Source: a virus
Taxonomy: Duplodnaviria > Caudoviricetes
Length of the DNA: 64,000 nucleotides
Reading direction: 5' to 3' (one strand)
IMG/VR virus record: IMGVR_UViG_3300028603_000018
Span: 64,001 to 128,000 of that record
In this document: piece by piece, positions 8,658 to 19,114 of the stretch
Layout of the letters: each line of letters starts with the position of its first letter
How positions within the stretch are numbered: the stretch's first letter is position 1
Program-made: the position numbers and the translations under genes
The notes under the pieces: generated by a model
What the model saw: only the letters and a program-made list of their open reading frames with translations
The model's database searches: none
Told to the model about the DNA's origin: nothing

Positions 8658-11195
8658 ATGAGTAAAAAGAACATAACTAGAGTAACCATCATGAGATTAA
8701 TTAGTCTAGAATTAAAAGACTTTAAACCGTTAAGTGTAAATAGAAAAAGATTCTTTAAAATAACCCCTAAGGAAGTTGTCCAAGTTATCTTAGGTACTAA
8801 CGGTTCAGGTAAGACAAGTATTATTAAAGAGATCGTCCCAGCAGCAGCTAATCCACAACTCTTTCGTAAAGAAGGACATAAAGAAGCGATCTACTATCAC
8901 AATAATAAGCACTATAAAATTAGATACGAAGCCAAAACAAATAAACATTTTCTTTTTGAAGAACAAGAAAGTGGTGAATACAAAAATTTAAATGAAGGAG
9001 GTACTTTACGTGTACAGGAAGAAACTGTATTAAGTATCTTTAAAGTAACGCCGTTTATACGCAGTGTCTTAATTGGTGAAATGAATTTCTCTGATCTAGG
9101 TCCTCAAAAAAGACGGGAATTATTTACTATGATGAGTCCTGTACCTTTTGACTATGGGTTAGAATTCTTTGCTAAGGCGAAAGATCGTTTAAATGATACA
9201 ACAGCTATTTTACGCCATAACAAACGTAAACTCATTGATGAAATAGCTAAGGTAATGAATGATGAACAGTATGAGAAACTACAAAAAGAAAATAAAGAAC
9301 TACATCATGAATTATCTATTCTTTTAAGAGAAAGAAATAATCAAATCCAACCCTTAGATAAACTAAAGAAAGAAGAAACAGATACTTTAGTAGAGATTAG
9401 TCGAATTACTGCTACTATCTTTTCGACAAACATCTTAGCTCCCCAAGATAAAAGCTATTCTTCAATCTCCGATCTACGTGAAGAGATGGTTAAAGAGCGA
9501 GAACTTCTCTCTTCATTAAACACACAGTTAAGTGAACGATCTGCTCAATTTGAAAAACTATCTAAAGAAGTAGATATTGTTAATCAGAGTGGTGGTCAGG
9601 GTATTGAGGATATCAATGCTAAGATAGAAGAATTAGAAAAAGCTAAACAAGTTCTTATTAGTAAATTACGTAATAAAATTGAACCTCATCAGTACAAGTA
9701 CATCAAGCAAGGTTTAGATAGCGAAAGTGAGAATTTGTTAAATGAAATCTTCTCTACTTTACCTTTAAATGATGATTTACGTTTCTCTAATACAGAATTT
9801 AAAAAGTTAAAAGCTGAAGATGATCAATTGATTGAAAAGCTTCGTCAATTGTCTTTAGATAGAGATAGACTTAACTTCGAACTCAATGAGTTAGATAAGC
9901 ATAAAGCTAATGGGAGTATTTCTTGTCCTGAATGTAGACATAGTTGGATTATTGGTTATGATCCTCATCAGTACAATAAGAAGAAAACGCAATTAGATGA
10001 GACTCTAACTGCTATAACCCAAATTGAAGAGAGAAGAAAAGAATTAGTAAAAGATCTCTCTGATATGCAGGAATTCTTTAACAAGTATAAAGACTATATC
10101 CATATTAGGAATAGGAATAATCACTTAAGTATTCTTTGGGAACAATTAGAGTTTGACAATACTGCTTTTAAATATCCTAGACATGTATTAAGTATCATTG
10201 ATACATTTCAATCAGATTGTCGTATTGTGAATAACATTCTTGATATTGATGAGAAGTTAAATAAAGAACTCACTCTTTTTGAAATGGTTAAGAAAATAGA
10301 CCAGCAAAAAGTCTCTGAGAATAAAGCAGTCCTAACCCAACTAGAACTGGAAATTAATCAGATCACTTGGAATATTCGAACTAAAAAAGAATACTTAAAT
10401 AAGCTGACAGTTTATTATAATAGCCTAGCTAGTCTGATTAATGACGTAAAGCCACGCCTAGAGTATCTTCAGAGGCATTTAGAGGACCTACAAGGCGATG
10501 TAATAGAATCAGTGAGACAAGATATCCTCTCAGATTTAATTCGCTCTCTACAGTCTAAATTAGCTTTAAATGAAGACATTTTAAATAAGGTAGATTATCA
10601 ACGAGGATTAGTAGAGCATCTTCAAAATGAAATTACTCAACTTGAAGTTGAAGAGATTGCATTAAAGCGACTTATTGATGAAGTCAGTCCTACAAATGGT
10701 TTGATTGCGGAAGGTTTGATGCTTTATATTAATACCATCCTTGACCAAGTCAATCAGATTATTGCTAAGGTATGGTCGTATTCATTTAAGATTCTCCCCT
10801 GTGAAGTTAAGACAGAAGGAGAAGTAGGTTTAACTTATCGATTCCCTATTGATATTGCAGATGGTCTTAATGATATCAAAGATATCGTAGATGGGTCTAA
10901 AGCTCAAAAAGAAATTACTAACTTAGCCTTTAGAATTATTGCTATGAATTACTTAGGTTTTTCAGACGCTTTTCTTTTCTTAGATGAGTTCGGTGATGGG
11001 TTTGACCCCACCCACAAAGCGAGTGCTATTCATGCAGTCAATACAATCATTGAACAAATGAACTTTAGTCAAATCTTTATGGTATCTCACGTAGAAACAA
11101 GTTATGGTGCTTTAAAGAATAATGACGTTTGTTTATTAAATGATTTAAACATTCAAGTGCAAGGTGTTTATAATGAACACGTTGAAATGTATTAA
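8658..11195 (+). CDS. sbcC: SbcC/Rad50-like SMC ATPase (start may be ATG 8691)
   Basis: Walker A GTNGSGKTS, long coiled coils, CPEC zinc hook, GSKAQ signature, FLFLDE Walker B and MVSH. Confidence 0.9.
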   Translation: MSKKNITRVTIMRLISLELKDFKPLSVNRKRFFKITPKEVVQVILGTNGSGKTSIIKEIVPAAANPQLFRKEGHKEAIYYHNNKHYKIRYEAKTNKHFLFEEQESGEYKNLNEGGTLRVQEETVLSIFKVTPFIRSVLIGEMNFSDLGPQKRRELFTMMSPVPFDYGLEFFAKAKDRLNDTTAILRHNKRKLIDEIAKVMNDEQYEKLQKENKELHHELSILLRERNNQIQPLDKLKKEETDTLVEISRITATIFSTNILAPQDKSYSSISDLREEMVKERELLSSLNTQLSERSAQFEKLSKEVDIVNQSGGQGIEDINAKIEELEKAKQVLISKLRNKIEPHQYKYIKQGLDSESENLLNEIFSTLPLNDDLRFSNTEFKKLKAEDDQLIEKLRQLSLDRDRLNFELNELDKHKANGSISCPECRHSWIIGYDPHQYNKKKTQLDETLTAITQIEERRKELVKDLSDMQEFFNKYKDYIHIRNRNNHLSILWEQLEFDNTAFKYPRHVLSIIDTFQSDCRIVNNILDIDEKLNKELTLFEMVKKIDQQKVSENKAVLTQLELEINQITWNIRTKKEYLNKLTVYYNSLASLINDVKPRLEYLQRHLEDLQGDVIESVRQDILSDLIRSLQSKLALNEDILNKVDYQRGLVEHLQNEITQLEVEEIALKRLIDEVSPTNGLIAEGLMLYINTILDQVNQIIAKVWSYSFKILPCEVKTEGEVGLTYRFPIDIADGLNDIKDIVDGSKAQKEITNLAFRIIAMNYLGFSDAFLFLDEFGDGFDPTHKASAIHAVNTIIEQMNFSQIFMVSHVETSYGALKNNDVCLLNDLNIQVQGVYNEHVEMY

Positions 11196-11215
11196 ATAAA
11201 AAGGAAAGATATAAA

Positions 11216-12034
11216 ATGAGTAATCCTTATTTAGATAAAGTTTTTAGTGTCCCTGAAGCTACTCCAGTAGTTACTGAAGCAGAGTTATCTACTAATGTTC
11301 ATGAAGGTGTTCATCCTGAAGATGACTTTCTTAGTATTGATCAAGAGAAGGTAGACCGATTCCTTCGTTATGCTGAAGCTGCTGCTAAACATTCTGCTGA
11401 CACTATTACTCAAACTGCTACGTTAATTAGTGATCTAACTCAGTCGATCATTATTCTAACTAAGTACGTGGATGGATTAGTTAAAGAGAATGCGAAACTA
11501 AAGGAAGAGCAAAAGTCTATTGCTTTACAAACAGCAAGTACTCAAGTACATAATGAAGCAAAGGAAGTAAAAGAAGAGTTTAAACCTGTTGAATTCCTTG
11601 GTAGTATTAATGAGCATCAAAACAAGATGCGGGAAAACTCTCCTTTGATTAAGTTGAATAAGTTAGTCTACAAATACTTCTCTAGTGAGTATATCAACGG
11701 CGGACAAGGAAAGATTAAACCTTATACCGATGGTTATCGAGCATTAATTTTTAATGATCTAAAGAAGCATCCTGTAGTAGAGGCTCGTGCTTTATTAGAA
11801 GTCATTAATGAGTTAATCTCACGAGAATTAGCTGATCACGGTATTATGTTCCTCTCTGATGAACTGGCTATTAATAAAGCAGTTTTGATCTGGAACTCTA
11901 GTTACGCTGTTGTTGTTAGTAATATCACTCACACTCAATTAGGAATCACTCCAGTTGGATTAAACGGTGAGCGCTTTACCTTTAACAGTCTAGAAGAGAT
12001 TAACGGCTTTGAAGACCTCTTAGCTCGTTTCTAA
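11216..12034 (+). CDS. Hypothetical protein with coiled coil
   Basis: 272-aa ORF with AAGGA RBS; no recognisable motif. Confidence 0.7.
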   Translation: MSNPYLDKVFSVPEATPVVTEAELSTNVHEGVHPEDDFLSIDQEKVDRFLRYAEAAAKHSADTITQTATLISDLTQSIIILTKYVDGLVKENAKLKEEQKSIALQTASTQVHNEAKEVKEEFKPVEFLGSINEHQNKMRENSPLIKLNKLVYKYFSSEYINGGQGKIKPYTDGYRALIFNDLKKHPVVEARALLEVINELISRELADHGIMFLSDELAINKAVLIWNSSYAVVVSNITHTQLGITPVGLNGERFTFNSLEEINGFEDLLARF

Positions 12035-12041
12035 TTATTAA

Positions 12042-12094
12042 GACTACACTATCTGGAATTCAATGTTCTAGGTAGTGTAGTTCTTTTTATGCTG
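12042..12094 (+). terminator. Terminator hairpin
   Basis: GACTACACTATCTGGA...TCTAGGTAGTGTAGTT followed by CTTTTTATGCTG. Confidence 0.6.
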
Positions 12095-12111
12095 TATTTT
12101 AAGAATTGTTA

Positions 12112-12128
12112 GTTATATATCACTAGTT
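12112..12128 (+). promoter_or_regulatory. Putative early promoter
   Basis: GTTATATATCACTAGTT (core TATATCAC at 12116-12123), about 50 nt before an RBS and ATG. Confidence 0.55.
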
Positions 12129-12174
12129 AGTAACATCTACAAATATCCTCTCTACCATAAAAGGAAATACAATC

Positions 12175-13230
12175 ATGTCGGAAAATAAACTCACCTCACA
12201 TCTAACTATTGTAGCTAAGATGCTTAACCTCGATAAAATCTTAACTGATGTTGTATATGCAGCAACTCACGATAATGATTTTTGTGATTACTTCAACGTA
12301 AGTGGTAAGACTGTTGTTATTCGTAATTACAAACAAGTGGATTTATATTCTGACACTTCAGAAAGAGTGTTAAATTCAACCACAGAGAAATTAAATGACT
12401 TTGTTGTTTGTGTGTACGACAGTAATGCAGATGATGTAGAAGCTATGTTCTCCTTGTCTAAAATCTTGGGTTCTCATCCAACTGCTATTAAAACCCCTGA
12501 AGACTTAGTTGTAATGAGTTGTAAGTTGGCTGGTGTTGTTTCTCAATATTTAGGGTTTGAGGGTGAGGATATTAGCCACTTGACTCAATATCTCAGTGAT
12601 GAAACTGCTGGGCGGGGTAAGAAAGTAATTAATACTATTGGTATTAATTATAAGACCTTGTTGGAAGAAGTAGAGGATACTATAAATCTTTATTTAATTG
12701 TTAAAGATATCTTTAATAAGGCTGCTCCACTTAAACCAACTCATCTGAGTATTGTTGATTATTTTAACGTTCACTCTAATTACACTAAACAAAACTTTGA
12801 TGTCAGTACACGTATTGAGAGAATGTCAGGAAAACTTGTTCTTGTGTTAAAAGTTTTTGATTTTAACGGACGTGTTGTTTTGTCATTAGAGTTAGGTGCT
12901 ATTGAAACGTTAGCAGACCCTTCACTGAACATTAAAGATTTCGTTACTGAAATCCTTACAAAGTCATTCAGCGTTTTAACTAATATGACTGAATTGCTAA
13001 ATATCGCAGGAAGTTCTAATCGATATAAAGCTGCTCCAAATGAAGATGAGTTGTATAAAGGCTATCCTGTTCCTCCAACGCATCCCGCCCACCCTTCAAA
13101 CTACCCTTTCCATCCCTTCCCTCAACAACCAATTTGGATGCCTGATCGTACTGGCACTCCAATTAATCCGATGTATCCCTACAGCTCTTCTTCCATGTCA
13201 AATGAAGACGTAGATAAAAACGACCGTTAA
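12175..13230 (+). CDS. Hypothetical early protein with Pro-rich C-terminal tail
   Basis: 351 aa, AAGGA RBS, tail YPVPPTHPAHPSNYPFHPFPQQP; flanked by the early motif and a terminator. Confidence 0.7.
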   Translation: MSENKLTSHLTIVAKMLNLDKILTDVVYAATHDNDFCDYFNVSGKTVVIRNYKQVDLYSDTSERVLNSTTEKLNDFVVCVYDSNADDVEAMFSLSKILGSHPTAIKTPEDLVVMSCKLAGVVSQYLGFEGEDISHLTQYLSDETAGRGKKVINTIGINYKTLLEEVEDTINLYLIVKDIFNKAAPLKPTHLSIVDYFNVHSNYTKQNFDVSTRIERMSGKLVLVLKVFDFNGRVVLSLELGAIETLADPSLNIKDFVTEILTKSFSVLTNMTELLNIAGSSNRYKAAPNEDELYKGYPVPPTHPAHPSNYPFHPFPQQPIWMPDRTGTPINPMYPYSSSSMSNEDVDKNDR

Positions 13231-13235
13231 GTAAA

Positions 13236-13290
13236 CAGCATAAATAGGGAGAGCAATTAGCTCTCCCAAATATGCCTTTCTTTTTTTCTT
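13236..13290. terminator. Bidirectional terminator (GCATAAAT family)
   Basis: CAGCATAAATAGGGAGAGC-AATTA-GCTCTCCCAAATATGCC plus T-rich tail, between convergent genes. Confidence 0.75.
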
Positions 13291-14163
13291 TCAGACTTCA
13301 AAGATACCATCGTCTTTATCACGAGGATCATTAAATACTTCACCGTCTTCCGTTCTTTGAATAGGACTCTCAGGCTTAGTGCTTATACGACACTCATCAA
13401 TATCTTCAGGTGTAATCCCTACATCTAGATTACCAGCAATAGAAAATAACTTAACATCTACCATAGTCGTAGGAATAATCCTACCTGCTACAAACTCTAA
13501 CCATTTTAAAGGATGTTGTCCTTTAGCCATCATTTCTTGAATCTCTGGATCATCTTCAGCTTTATCTCTAAATAGAGCTGGAGTAAATGCAGTAGTATGA
13601 AACAATAATGTTTTCTTAAAGTTCTCAGCTTGAGCATTCATCCAATCAAAGAGATCATACATGAACATCCCTTTGAAAGTATTATGACAATAATCTGCTG
13701 TTAACTCTTCATTGCTTTTATGGATAAAGGTAATATCCATAGAATGATCAAAGTATTGTAGTAGACGAGCTTTATAAATAAACTCAAACTCTTTTCTTAG
13801 CTCATCACTAAAATCATAAGGATAGGTATTAATAACTAGTTGAGGAAAGCCTCTAAAAGGCTCAGCCATATGTTCATTGAATGAATCCTTTAAGATCGAA
13901 ACAAGAAGAACCTCTACATTAGAGAGAAGAGATAGTTTTAATGTCTCAATATTTCTTAAAGCATATTTTTCTCTGAACATCTCATAAGTAACAGGACCAA
14001 ACTCATCTCTACGTCGTAAATGATAAAGACCTGTTTTTAAATGAGTTTTAGTATACTCTTCAAAGACTTCTGGAAAGTGTTGTCTTAGCGTACCTAGTCG
14101 TGTATCAAGAATTTCATCTAAACTTAGATAATAGATCCGTCTAATTTCTTCAGTAGGTGTCAT
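13291..14163 (-). CDS. Conserved jumbo-phage protein (phiKZ gp147-like; HAD-like N-terminus)
   Basis: YLSLDEILDTRLGT and INTYPYDFS motifs; located next to the gp149-like RNAP gene. Confidence 0.5.
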   Translation of the reverse strand: MTPTEEIRRIYYLSLDEILDTRLGTLRQHFPEVFEEYTKTHLKTGLYHLRRRDEFGPVTYEMFREKYALRNIETLKLSLLSNVEVLLVSILKDSFNEHMAEPFRGFPQLVINTYPYDFSDELRKEFEFIYKARLLQYFDHSMDITFIHKSNEELTADYCHNTFKGMFMYDLFDWMNAQAENFKKTLLFHTTAFTPALFRDKAEDDPEIQEMMAKGQHPLKWLEFVAGRIIPTTMVDVKLFSIAGNLDVGITPEDIDECRISTKPESPIQRTEDGEVFNDPRDKDDGIFEV

Positions 14164-14166
14164 GTA

Positions 14167-14766
14167 TTAACTTAGTATTAGAATATCAATGGGATTAGGA
14201 CGAGAAAGATGTAGTAGTGCTAATGTTAATAAGAAACCATTATTCTTAGTTATGAGTTTCTTTACCTCGACTTGATTAGGAATGCGAATAAGTATCTCAC
14301 TAGGCAATTCCCATGAAGTAAGTTGTGAGGTCTTATTCTCTACTTCTAATCGATTAACTAATAACTCCCTATCCAGTGTAATCAAACCATCTACTACACA
14401 CGCACAAACCTCATCATATTCTCTTTGATTAGGTGCCCAACTTGATTTAAAAGTAATATGTAAATCAAACAGAAAATCTTGAACTGCTGGACTAGCTTTA
14501 AATACAGGTAAAAAAGAAGTAGTAAAGAACCTATCAGTAAAAATAGTATCGTAAGAAACCCTAAGCAAGAATTCGTATAGAAATTGAGCTAATGGACTTC
14601 TAGGACCATAAGTACTGCCTTCTGATCTATCAATCGTCGTGTATGCATTCCTAGCAATAGGGAGTTCTGTTACATGCATAGGAAGGATACGTTTAAAAAT
14701 CTCTTGAATTAAAAGAAGAGGTCTTTTTAGATTAGGTGAATGATGTTCAAAGGTCCGTATTTCCAT
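14167..14766 (-). CDS. Hypothetical protein (real start may be internal, e.g. MHVTELP)
   Basis: 199-aa ORF in the operon following the RNAP subunit. Confidence 0.6.
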   Translation of the reverse strand: MEIRTFEHHSPNLKRPLLLIQEIFKRILPMHVTELPIARNAYTTIDRSEGSTYGPRSPLAQFLYEFLLRVSYDTIFTDRFFTTSFLPVFKASPAVQDFLFDLHITFKSSWAPNQREYDEVCACVVDGLITLDRELLVNRLEVENKTSQLTSWELPSEILIRIPNQVEVKKLITKNNGFLLTLALLHLSRPNPIDILILS

Positions 14767-14785
14767 TTGCTTTTTCTATATCAAA

Positions 14786-15451
14786 TTAAAGTGTGTTATT
14801 AAGATGCATACCGTAAAGATAAGAGCGTAATGTAGCAACAGATTCTGCTTCACTGCCTATTTTCATTAATGCTTCAATAGAAGCACCACCAGTAGCATCA
14901 ATGGATTTATTCATAGCTCTAAAGGCTAGAATATCACCGCCTCGAACTTTCATGAATTCTAATAAGCTCTTCTCTAAATCATAACCTAAGATGACTTGTG
15001 CCTCTACGTTAGAAAGCGTAGAGCCTTTAGATTCACCTGTAGCTTGACCAGTAATCTCATCAATAGTGTTGCTATGCTTAGGTAAAGTTTTCTTATCATC
15101 TAGAATTTGAGCTTGTCTTCGAATAGGGAGTTGGAGAATGAGGTATTTCTTATTAGAAAGATATTTTGGATTTTGTCCATCATCAATCCAGATACGTTCT
15201 CGTAATGCAATACCCCACTCTTCAGCGATATCTATTTTCTCATCCCTTGTAATCGTAGGTTCTTTACCGTTTTCTCTGAATACAACAAGGGATTCTTCGC
15301 CTGTAATTAATCTATTTACAAAAGCATCGATATCAGAATCACTCATTTGAGAAAAGGCAACTCGATAATACTCGGCAGTATTACCGCCAGGATCAACACG
15401 CTCACAATCAGCTAAGACTTGTGTTTCAAAAGCTTTTCTATTTCCAGCCAT
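14786..15451 (-). CDS. rpoB: Virion RNA polymerase beta subunit, C-terminal part (phiKZ gp149-like)
   Basis: LPIRRQAQILDDK...IDEITGQATGESKGSTLSNVEAQVI...LEFMKVRGGD corresponds to the RpoB C-terminal QQPLGGK..GQRFGEME..LTVKSDD region. Confidence 0.85.
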   Translation of the reverse strand: MAGNRKAFETQVLADCERVDPGGNTAEYYRVAFSQMSDSDIDAFVNRLITGEESLVVFRENGKEPTITRDEKIDIAEEWGIALRERIWIDDGQNPKYLSNKKYLILQLPIRRQAQILDDKKTLPKHSNTIDEITGQATGESKGSTLSNVEAQVILGYDLEKSLLEFMKVRGGDILAFRAMNKSIDATGGASIEALMKIGSEAESVATLRSYLYGMHLNNTL

Positions 15452-15541
15452 AACCTTTCTTCTATATTAGGTGTTAAGTAGACTTCTTACAAAATAACAG
15501 TTATAAGAAGTCTAAGTAAGATAAACATTCAAAAGATTGGT

Positions 15542-16009
15542 TCAAAGCTTAATATTAACGTTGTGAATAATTAACCCTCGTTCTTCAGCTCGTTTAATCA
15601 TGTCCTTTGTTCCTGGAGATTGACCATCCCAGTAAGTAAGTAGATGACTAGCTTCATAAGACATATCGTCATTTCTTAAAAAGCCTGCTCTCTTACCCAA
15701 CTCATTCCACTTAGCTGTAAACTTATAACATTCAAAAGGCGTTAACTCACACCACTTAATAATTAGATTATCAGCACCACTAGGAGCATCACCTGAAATA
15801 AAAGCAATATGTTTTCCCTTATGCTCTTTAACCAGGTAATCAGTTAAAGTCTTTCTAAACCAACCTACATCAGAGAAGCCTCTCGTACCAGCAATAATGA
15901 TACGAGAGTCATAATGTTTCTTTCTTAACTCACTGATGTTAGATGGATGAGAACTTACTTGTTCTCGATCAGTACTGGAATCACATCCAGTTTCAGCGAT
16001 CCTAACCAT
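15542..16009 (-). CDS. YspA/SLOG-family (DUF2493-like) protein
   Basis: RIIIAGTRGF, ISGDAPSGAD, AGFLRNDDM and YWDGQSPGTKDMI motifs of the SLOG/YspA family. Confidence 0.8.
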   Translation of the reverse strand: MVRIAETGCDSSTDREQVSSHPSNISELRKKHYDSRIIIAGTRGFSDVGWFRKTLTDYLVKEHKGKHIAFISGDAPSGADNLIIKWCELTPFECYKFTAKWNELGKRAGFLRNDDMSYEASHLLTYWDGQSPGTKDMIKRAEERGLIIHNVNIKL

Positions 16010-16287
16010 GTTTCATTCAACCCATCGTTATAAAGAAGACTACGAGTTCCGTACGTAGAGATATCTTTTTCCAATTCAATCTTAACTAAACGACGACGAA
16101 TGTCTCGGTTAATAGCTAAGCGAGCTTGGCTGTCTGTAATATCAGTATTGACTTCAATACCATCTTCAGAAACACGAGCAATAGGAGGCAGTTCATTTTC
16201 CTTTAGATATTCGTTGACTGTCTGTACGAGTGGATGAGGAATAAATTCATCAATGACTTCTTTTTGATCTACTTCTTTATTTTCCAT
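15955..16287 (-). CDS. Hypothetical protein
   Basis: 110-aa ORF translationally coupled to the upstream gene. Confidence 0.6.
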   Translation of the reverse strand: MENKEVDQKEVIDEFIPHPLVQTVNEYLKENELPPIARVSEDGIEVNTDITDSQARLAINRDIRRRLVKIELEKDISTYGTRSLLYNDGLNETWLGSLKLDVIPVLIENK

Positions 16288-16613
16288 TATTCAAACCTTA
16301 AATTAACAAAAGTGAAATTATTACCGTACTTCTCTTTAAAGACAGACCATGTAAAAGTACCTAAATCAGATTCTGCATGATCAGCTTCTATATTTACTAT
16401 TAAGAAATGAAAGACATTATTAATGCGAATAAGATAATATCCTGTTTCATTAATAGTTCCTTCATTCCAAGCGTATTTATTAATATATACAAACTTAGGA
16501 GGAAGTGGATTATCGATGTTAGGAGCTTTTGCTTTGGTGTTATCTTCCACTGCTTTATAAGTAGCTTCAAATTTATCTAGACAAGCTCTATCATAACTGT
16601 GATTTAAATCCAT
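16287..16613 (-). CDS. Hypothetical protein
   Basis: 108-aa ORF with AAGGA RBS, following uvsX. Confidence 0.6.
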   Translation of the reverse strand: MDLNHSYDRACLDKFEATYKAVEDNTKAKAPNIDNPLPPKFVYINKYAWNEGTINETGYYLIRINNVFHFLIVNIEADHAESDLGTFTWSVFKEKYGNNFTFVNLRFE

Positions 16614-16622
16614 ATTACTTCC

Positions 16623-18131
16623 TTATTTTGCTTTCTTATCTTTAAAAGCGTCATATCGAGGGACATCTTTAACAGCTTCAGGAACATCCTTATCTTCTAA
16701 CCAAAAAGGAACGTAGCGTTTTAAACGCATGTCAAGCAAGTCTTTCGTAGATAATGGTTTATCACCTTGCTCGTAGTGATCCATACAACTATAACCACGA
16801 GTATCTAATAGAACATCCCAATCGTAACCTAAAGCTTTAATATCATCGTAAAGTTCTTTAGGAGTGCAGTAGTACTCTGGAGCCATATTCCAGAAGTATT
16901 GCATCTGGCACATTTCTGATGTAATATTAACAGCTCTACGTAACTTGACATCAGAATCTAGTTTATTTCTAACTGTAGTTCGAGAAAGCTTGCAGTCTGG
17001 ATAGAGTTCCAAGTAATAGTTTTGTAAGTTACCACCGATACCAAAACCTTTGCTATTTTTAATATAGTGGAATTCACTCAACGCAGGCTTAACTCCTTCT
17101 ACCTGAGAAACAATAATAGAAAGACTAAATCCTGAAGAACCATACTTACCACGAAGTTGAGTTACTCTCACTTCGTTTAGATCTGTAGAACCTGTACGTT
17201 CATTATCAAATCGATCACTTGGATACTCAGGTCCTTTCGTTCCTCGGTTAGCAAGAATACTTGCTCCATTAGCCCACCAACAGTTATGTGTCAAGAAGGT
17301 AAACTTCTCAGGCACACCTTTAATCTTTACGTTAGACTTTAAGTGTTGGAGTTTCTTAGGATTAGGATTATATTGATCCATATTAAACTCAGCACCGATA
17401 TGAGCAGTCATGATCAAGTAATGTGAGCTTGCCATGGTCAAAGAAGGTAGAGTCATTAAGAACCTAGTCTTTTGCATTCCTTGACGCATGAAGATCATAT
17501 TAGCACCAGAATCACCAAGACTATTATCATCTTGCATTTTCTCTACGTCTTTCGTAGAGAACTCAGTAAAAGAATCTAATAATGAAAAAGTAGGATATGG
17601 AATTTTAATAAAACCATTACGTTCACGATTAAGGTAAGGGGTGTTACCTGTCACCGTTGCTTTATTCTCTGCTTTATCAAAAAGGAATTCTCTAAGAATA
17701 TCGAAGTATTCGTCACCTTCATGCATTGACTTATCAGTAAACATGAGACGATCTTGATCTACAATACCTTCACCAACTGACATTCCCATTTCATCAGTTT
17801 CAATACCATATTCTTCCATGGCATTATGAAGCGAAATGACACGGTCTTCATCTACGTTTAATTCGGTATCGTAGATATGTCCTTTAGCCAGTTTATTCCT
17901 AGCTGCCATTTTACCATACATGTAGTGAGCAATGGTAGATTTGAAGTTATTACCGTGACCTACAATACCAGTGATGTGTGCTAATCCACCCACTAGAATA
18001 TTTTCATTATAGCGACCTTTTACATATCTGCCTGTTGGGATATCAAATAAGCAACCAATAGGCCATAAGGCTTTAGTAGGCATACTAGCAGTCAAGCCAG
18101 TAGTCTTTGAATCTTTGTTCTCTTTACTCAT
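16623..18131 (-). CDS. uvsX: RecA/UvsX-like recombinase (phiKZ gp152-like)
   Basis: Walker A variant GHGNNFKST, YDTE, Walker B LLDSF and IMTAH; GCLFDIPTG N-terminal motif typical of phiKZ-like UvsX. Confidence 0.85.
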   Translation of the reverse strand: MSKENKDSKTTGLTASMPTKALWPIGCLFDIPTGRYVKGRYNENILVGGLAHITGIVGHGNNFKSTIAHYMYGKMAARNKLAKGHIYDTELNVDEDRVISLHNAMEEYGIETDEMGMSVGEGIVDQDRLMFTDKSMHEGDEYFDILREFLFDKAENKATVTGNTPYLNRERNGFIKIPYPTFSLLDSFTEFSTKDVEKMQDDNSLGDSGANMIFMRQGMQKTRFLMTLPSLTMASSHYLIMTAHIGAEFNMDQYNPNPKKLQHLKSNVKIKGVPEKFTFLTHNCWWANGASILANRGTKGPEYPSDRFDNERTGSTDLNEVRVTQLRGKYGSSGFSLSIIVSQVEGVKPALSEFHYIKNSKGFGIGGNLQNYYLELYPDCKLSRTTVRNKLDSDVKLRRAVNITSEMCQMQYFWNMAPEYYCTPKELYDDIKALGYDWDVLLDTRGYSCMDHYEQGDKPLSTKDLLDMRLKRYVPFWLEDKDVPEAVKDVPRYDAFKDKKAK

Positions 18132-18234
18132 TAAGATTATAACCTCATTTTATGATTATCATCGTGAATGTTCTATCGTTCCAAATGATCTCAGGATAGA
18201 GTTATTTTTTACATTAAAAAGGAATTACAATAAC

Positions 18235-19053
18235 ATGGTTTCTTCAGCACAGAGAACTTTAGCTGAATTGAGCTTATTAAGCACTGATGCTCAAGCAGAC
18301 ATGCAATCCTTATTTACCACCTTCATCCCTCGTTTAGGCGATGAATTACGTAAGGGTTGGCAGACCTTATTAAGCTATACACCTAAAGAAAAGATTATTA
18401 GTAATGCTGATCGATTTATCGAATTGGTTGGTAAAGAAAACTATTTAGATATCTCATCTTTCCATATTGCTTGTCCTGAAGGATTAGCTGTTGATTACTT
18501 AACCTATACTGATGTTTTAGCTAAAGCTGTAGAGTATGCTTTAGAGACACAAAAGACAAGTGTTAAGAATTTAAAAACACACTTATCTAAAATGCTTAAC
18601 AATAGTGTCATTTCTTATTCTCCTTCTGGGTTAGAGAAAGCAATTACAGACCGAGTTAAGATTAGAGAGAATATCGTTAAAGAGATTAAAGGTTCTTTAT
18701 CTAATCAGACTTATCGTAAGATGGCTTATGGTAATGCTATTAACCGTAATAGTGATTGGGTCCAAGTATTTAAGAATATCGATAAGATTCAACTCTTAGA
18801 TTCTGAAGAGCGTAAATCATTAGCTAAAGATTTGAGTGACGTACAAGAACTACTGGATGCAGTTATTGCTAAAGTAGAGAGTCCAGAGAATAAAAACGTT
18901 AATAAACAAGCTGTAAAGTATACTTCTGATTTAGTATATGCTGTAGCAGAAGAAGTTAAGTTTGTAGCTCAGACTTACTATCTAACTGAATCCTTAGTGA
19001 ATCGTTTATCTGATGGTGTAGATAACACCATTAAAGTATTTGCTAAAAAGTAA
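18235..19053 (+). CDS. Virion (head) protein, phiKZ gp153-like; start moved from 18115 to ATG 18235
   Basis: AAGGA RBS before ATG 18235; NYLDIS..IACPEGLAVDYLTY motif; divergent from uvsX as in phiKZ relatives. Confidence 0.55.
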   Translation: MVSSAQRTLAELSLLSTDAQADMQSLFTTFIPRLGDELRKGWQTLLSYTPKEKIISNADRFIELVGKENYLDISSFHIACPEGLAVDYLTYTDVLAKAVEYALETQKTSVKNLKTHLSKMLNNSVISYSPSGLEKAITDRVKIRENIVKEIKGSLSNQTYRKMAYGNAINRNSDWVQVFKNIDKIQLLDSEERKSLAKDLSDVQELLDAVIAKVESPENKNVNKQAVKYTSDLVYAVAEEVKFVAQTYYLTESLVNRLSDGVDNTIKVFAKK

Positions 19054-19063
19054 TACCAAAGTA

Positions 19064-19102
19064 CAGCATAAATAAGGAGACTAAAAAGTCTCCTATTTAT
19101 GC
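19064..19102. terminator. Bidirectional terminator (GCATAAAT family)
   Basis: GCATAAATAAGGAGAC-TAAAAA-GTCTCCTATTTATGC. Confidence 0.75.
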
Positions 19103-19114
19103 TCTTTAATGGAA